The translations under genes were made by a program, and so were the position numbers. The notes under the pieces were generated by a model. The model was not told the origin of the DNA. It did no database searches and was given only the letters and a program-made list of their open reading frames with translations. From Malacoraja senta (taxonomy: Eukaryota): 64,000 nucleotides of DNA. Numbering within the stretch: position 1 is the stretch's first letter; every line of letters begins with the position of its first letter. Positions 58,511 through 64,000 of the stretch are shown piece by piece. The stretch covers positions 19,344,001 to 19,408,000 of the forward strand of contig CM075981.1 of assembly GCA_038087875.1 (NCBI GenBank), read 5' to 3'.

Positions 58511-61044
58511 TGGACATCTTCTCCTTTTGGAACCACTGACATGCAGAGGCACATATACCTCTGTTACAGGGGAATCTTCTGCTTCCATAACACTGTCCTC
58601 TTGCTCAATTTCCTGGGGCCTTTGCAAAAGCCTGGGGCCAAAGTGCAGGTTCTTGCTCCTTCAGGGTCTCATTTGGAGGTGATTCTTCTTTGTACTCACT
58701 TTCCATCCGATCAGACGCTTCTCTCACTCCAGCATTACCTATACCACATGCTTCCCTGGGATTTGATATAATATTGATTTAATTCTCATCATCACATCGC
58801 CTTTTAATGTGTCGACTCCGTCATTTGGCTGTGGTTCCACAATTCGTGCAGTTTCCATAGTCATGGCCTAGTGAGATAATAAGCACCTAAAGACTATTTG
58901 ACTGTACACATCCACCCTGGCCCGCACTGAAACCTACACATGTTCAGGAGGGAAGACCCAGTTTCTGCACCTTGACCTTAGTTGAGATTGGCTAACTCAA
59001 CCCAAATTTGGAATTAAGCTGTGAACACCCTGAGGTGTTTGAGTAATGAAGATATTTTTATCCCCACTCCTTGCCACTCCTTGCAATGTCTGCATGTAAA
59101 TGTGTGTTGAGGTGGAGCAGTGCAATCATGCATTCATGTGCTGCAAAAATTTAAGATGTGACGATCTTTGCACATTTACTACATGCCCAAAACCCACAGG
59201 AGAGAGATCAAAACGAAGTTAGGGAGCTGCAAAGAACAGTACAGACCAGAAAATGATTCATTGCATTGTAGAAAAGAGGAACTCCACACAATGAGTCATT
59301 GCATGTTCCTGGTAGAACATCCGATCAGGCGCATCCTTGCAGGTTATTCTTGTGTCTGATCACGTCCCTTTCAGAGGACATTGATTTTATCCTCAAATGG
59401 TCGTGAGTTCCAGATCTTGGTAGCTGTCTGAGCAAATGTTTTAGAACTGAAGAGATGAACAGACTGCTGGCGGAGCTGCCATTGTACGGCGCCCCTGGTG
59501 GTATTATGTTTCAGTCTTATGGGACATTGATCAGATATATCTGGAGTAAAATATTGATGTCATTTAAGAAATGATGTAAAAGCACTGGAAGCAGCTCAGA
59601 GAAGGTTTACTGATCTGAAAGGTGGAATAGGAGAGTTCTCCTGAGGAAAGGTTGAACTGATTTCACCTGCCCACATCCACGCCCCCAGCTGATTCCACCC
59701 ATCACCTTCCAGCCCTTGACTTGCCCCTCCCTCTCACTCTTTACACTGGCTATCACCTCACTAAACTATCACACCTGGTACAGGGTATTGACAAAGCATC
59801 AACCATCTCTTTGCCTCCACAAATGCTGCTTGACCCGCAAAGTATTTTATTTTTTTGCTCCATATCCAGCATCTACAGTGTCTTGTGTCTCCAATTTTTT
59901 TTTTCCACGTTCAAGTTTTAGATTAAAATGTGACCCTTGCTGTCCAGGATACATTCCAGCCCTTGTGTTGCTCACCAATCCTGAAAGACCTCCGGAAAGC
60001 CAGAGGATATGTGTGCTCTCACTCCAGGGACGATTAATTCGTGATACCTCCCTGCATCAGGTGCTCTCAGGTCAGGAGTGTGGGACTGAAGTGCAAGCAG
60101 ATCTTGAAGAATAAATTATAAACAGGAACTACAGCCCCCAGCTAACGGACTTAAAATTGTGTAGCACAGGCTTACTCTGTGTGACACTTTCCTCCCCAGG
60201 TCCCAAATGTAAGTGGAAGACTCCCGCATGGAGAGACTCCTTCCTCACCAATAGATTGCAGAATAGACTACCATGGCATGTTTGAATGGTAGATGACTGC
60301 AAGAGAGTGCAGTCCATACAGGAAACTGTGTGGTATAGAACAGCACAACCAGTGCGTTGAGAGTATTTTATGAGACGGTGTGGCAGGAACTACTCTATGC
60401 CTTACCTGTGTCGTGGCAGTATGTAATGGGACACTACAGGGGATAATTCCTCATCTACATACCCCTGCTCCAATGTTGGGTAGTGTGAACAGGGCCATAT
60501 TAACAATATCTCAGCAGAAAGAGAGCAGAGCTGGAACTAAAGGTTGACATGAGCTGCATTTTAGCTGGTCTCCTGCTTACTCCAATCTGCTCCTTTCCTT
60601 TATACCATCCTTCCACCAGACCTTCCTCCCCACCATGCTTTATTCCCACTGATCCCATAAAATTTCCCTGGTTCAGATCCTAGTTTCCCAATTCTGAGGG
60701 GACTTTGGCCACTTTCCAATGCTCAATTGTCTTGGAAAGTCTCCAGTGAGCCAGTGGACACTGCATGCACCACAACACCTGAGCACAAATGTATGCTTGG
60801 AAGTGGGACAGGCAGTCGGGTCGAGTGGATGTAAAGTATTCATTACATGGAAATAGGATAATGTTGCAATCATACAAATTGTTTGAAAGAAGGACAGGGA
60901 TGGCAGCTCAATGTTTCAGGTAAAGATGCTTCAGGTAAAAGAGGATGGGAAATTGAAATAATGCAGTACACCGGAATGATTTAGGATTGCTCTTCCAATG
61001 TGACCACATGGGTAGAACTTAGAAATAAGAACATAGCTGTCAGT

Positions 61045-61800
61045 TTTGTGACCGGGTAGCGCCATCAGCAATGGCAGCCATGCCAACAGGCTTTTCATCT
61101 TTTTTGTTATTTTTACTGTGTTTTAAAAGTATATGTTAATATTCTCTGGTTTGTTTTATGTGGGGGGCGGATGGGCCGGGGGGAAACTTTTTTTTCAATC
61201 TCTTACCTTGCCGGAGATGCGATTGTTTTCTGGATCGTATCTCTGGTTGCTCTGCGGCCTAACATCATGGAGCTGTTGGCCTTGCTCGAGACTGACTTTG
61301 AGCCCCAACGCGCGGCCGTGGACTTACCATCTGATCCTGCGATCCCTTGCCTGGGATTGACGCTCCAACCGCGGCCTGTGGACTTTATCATCGAGGAGCT
61401 CGCAGTCCTGGGTAGGAACTGATGTCGGGAAGCACCAAAGTCACAGGAGGTTCAACTAGCCCCGACCCGGGGTCTGATCAATGAGCTGAGATCCCCCCCC
61501 CCGATGTGGGAGTTTCATCGCCCCAATGCAGAGGGCTCGACCCCTGGCTGCGGGAGCCAAGATCGTCCGGACAACGGAAAGCTTGAGGCCCCCAACCACG
61601 GGAAGATAAAGAAGAAAAGTGATTGAACTTTCTTTTCGCCTTCCATCACAGTGAGAAATGTGGTGGAGTCACTGTGGTGGATGTTTATGTTAAAATGTAT
61701 TTTGTGGGTTGTGTTGCTTTTTATTGATATGACTGTATGGCAAATCAAATTCCTCGTATGTTGCAAAACATACTTGACTAATAAAGTATGATTCTGATTA
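61045..61800 (+). mobile_element. Unclassified ~750-bp non-coding retroposon-like repeat (apparently complete copy)
   Basis: Shares 5' blocks with 53590-54158 and gccttccatcacag with the 185-bp elements; 3' stem gtatg..catac, AATAAA and a short (tga)-type tail; no ORF. Confidence 0.6.
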
Positions 61801-63074
61801 TGAATATGATATTACAGGACTCCGTACAGTCAGCTGGAGATAGACGAGCAGATAAAAGGACAAATATTGAACAAATCATGGGTGTGTAAAAGATTATAGT
61901 TGTGGATTTTATCTTCCCCAATAATAACTGGGATTGCCTGAATGTGTAGAATTTCAATAGGATAGTTTTTAGCATCACCAAGTCGCAAATCCTACGATAG
62001 AAGGGATTCCACTGGAAGTTATGCTGGCCAATTTTAATAAGAGTGATCATACTTATTCATGTTCCAAGCTGGTTATGCAGAGAGATAGGAATGGTCTGCA
62101 TGTTTGACTCTTAAATTGGGCAAGGTTGGTTTAAATAACTTAAGGTAGGATCTGGTAAAGGTAGCTTGGACCAGTAGCTTTCAGGTAAAATAACATCCAA
62201 TAAGTGGGACCCCTCTTAAAGGGAAGTAGTGAGAGTTCATGACTACCATGTTTTGATGAAGGTGAAAGTTCAGGATAACATGATTAGAGAATCCTGGGTG
62301 ACAAATGTTGTGGATGCAAAGGAGTTGATGAAGAAAAAGAGAGGCATATGACAGTATAGGCAACTGAAAGTAACAGGGTCCAGTCAGGGCCGGATTTCGA
62401 TGAAAAGAGGCCCTAAGCTGTTCCACTTGTGAGGCCCCTCCCAATCACCCACCCCCACGACTAGAGGAAGACGGTCCACCAGATTGACACCGATTTGTAG
62501 CCGAGTGTGGCCAATGAGATAAGGGGCTGGAAAGCTGCGCTTTTTTAATGTATTTATTTATTGCTAGTGCTAGAGTCGAGTTATTGGCTTAAACCACTAT
62601 TATTCTGAAATGGAGGGCAAGGAAAATTACTGAAGTGTTGTTTAGAGACTACAGTGCGATGCGACAGCGTATGTAAGAAAGGCCTATGACAGTGTCAAAA
62701 ATATTATACATCTTGCCGGGCTCTCACATAATTTTGTTTCTTTGTTGTCAGCCGGGGAACCTTGGCAGCTTTTTAAGTTGTCAAATGACAGTTTAGGTGG
62801 TCATTTAAGATGGCTTGCATGACGCGTGCGATAATGTGCTCGGACGAAGTGCGTAGTTACCAGTCGGAATTATGCTCAATGAAGCATTCACATATTATTT
62901 CTGCTTCAATTAAAGTCACAAACTAAACATATTCACCAATCAAGACATGATATATACCACAATGACGCAGCAAAATTACAATACAGTATCTCAACTCTTT
63001 TTACACGTTGCAATGAATGCAATTTCTATTATTTCTTTCCACTTCCAAACAAAAATGTGGTTGGATTATTCAGC

Positions 63075-63522
63075 GTATGATCAACCTCGGTGAGACCAAG
63101 CGCAGGCTTGGCGATCGCTTCGCACAACACGTCCACTCAGTTCGCAATAACCAACCTGATCTCCCGGTGGCTCAACACTTCAACTCCCCTTCTCATTCCG
63201 AATCTGACCTTTCTGTCCTGGGCCTCCTCCATGGAAAGAGTGAAGCCCACCGCATATTGGAGGAGCAGCACCTCATATTTCGCTTGAAGAGTTTACACCC
63301 CAGCGGTATGAACATTGACTTCTTCAATTTCAGGTAATCCCTGTTTTCTCCTCCCCTTCCCAGCTCTCCCTCAGCCCACTGTCTCCGCCTCTTCCTTTCT
63401 TCTTCCTGTCCCCCCCACCCTCACATCAGTCTGAAGAAGGGTCTCAACCCGAAACATCGCCTATTTCCTTCGCTCCATAGATGCTGCCTCACCCGCTGAG
63501 TTTCTCCAGCATTTTTGTCTAC
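63075..63522 (+). mobile_element. Penelope-like element 3' fragment (GIY-YIG C-terminal part + pLTR)
   Basis: GETKRRLGDRFAQH...PVAQHFNS..H...EEQHLIFRL..L.PSGMN; followed by the CTGAAGA..GAAAC terminal motif. Confidence 0.88.
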
Positions 63523-63587
63523 CCATTCACACAAGTTCTGTTATCCCACTTTCCTCACCCACTCTCTACACATTGTGTGTGTGTGGG

Positions 63588-63898
63588 NNNNNNNNNNNNN
63601 NNNNNNNNNNNNNNNNNNNNNNNNNNNNNNNNNNNNNNNNNNNNNNNNNNNNNNNNNNNNNNNNNNNNNNNNNNNNNNNNNNNNNNNNNNNNNNNNNNNN
63701 NNNNNNNNNNNNNNNNNNNNNNNNNNNNNNNNNNNNNNNNNNNNNNNNNNNNNNNNNNNNNNNNNNNNNNNNNNNNNNNNNNNNNNNNNNNNNNNNNNNN
63801 NNNNNNNNNNNNNNNNNNNNNNNNNNNNNNNNNNNNNNNNNNNNNNNNNNNNNNNNNNNNNNNNNNNNNNNNNNNNNNNNNNNNNNNNNNNNNNNNNN
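63588..63898. other. Assembly gap (311 N)
   Basis: Run of N bases. Confidence 1.
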
Positions 63899-64000
63899 GC
63901 AATGGGCTAAGTGTTCGGCTGGCAACCGGAAGGTAGCCGGTTCGAATCCCGCTTGGAGTGCATACTGTCGTTGTGTCCTTGGGCAAGACACTTCACCCAC
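63899..64000 (+). mobile_element. tRNA-derived SINE head (truncated by the gap and the window edge)
   Basis: A-box-like TGGGCTAAGTG (63903-13), B-box GGTTCGAATCC (63939-49), then gtgtccttgggcaagacac SINE body; no acceptor stem or CCA. Confidence 0.75.

Noticed and set aside
62386-62900. Possible hAT-type terminus (CAGGGCCGGATTT)
   Set aside because: No matching opposite TIR or 8-bp TSD was found.
1-64000. Prokaryotic systems (CRISPR arrays, operons, rRNA, defence islands)
   Set aside because: No repeat-spacer array or operon structure; the content is spliced vertebrate gene exons and eukaryotic retroelements.
63481-64000. ORFs spanning X runs, and a tRNA gene call at 63899-63975
   Set aside because: The ORFs are artefacts of the N gap. 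The tRNA-like part has A/B boxes but continues into a SINE body without a proper acceptor stem or terminator.

Overview
This window is eukaryotic vertebrate DNA, most likely from a cartilaginous fish (skate/ray-like); the taxon is my inference from the repeat families present. There are no prokaryotic features. One host gene can be rebuilt on the minus strand: a six-exon CD2/SLAM-family immunoglobulin receptor (CDS 42936->8204, about 368 aa). It has a signal peptide, a Cys-less IgV domain, an IgC2 domain, a transmembrane segment and a tail with ITSM-type tyrosines, and its reading frame requires a GC-AG intron. Most of the rest is mobile DNA, often nested: three L1 copies from two families, two DIRS1-type tyrosine-recombinase retrotransposons with intact terminal/ICR structure and an adenine-MTase-like domain, a young Gypsy LTR element, a decayed Tx1 LINE, a Rex1/Babar LINE, many CR1 pieces, Penelope-like fragments carrying hammerhead-ribozyme cores, a Harbinger-type palindromic MITE, a Tigger/pogo relic, an unclassified non-coding retroposon family and a tRNA-derived SINE next to a 311-N gap. 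The least explained signals are a 17-nt inverted repeat bracketing L1 ORF2, motifs shared between the inter-ORF spacers of two divergent L1 families, an in-frame TAG at the Gypsy gag-pol junction, splice donors conserved in both DIRS leaders, and a ~185-bp element that inserted twice with the same 5' end. All coordinates were counted by eye, and all family assignments come from motif recognition, not database searches.
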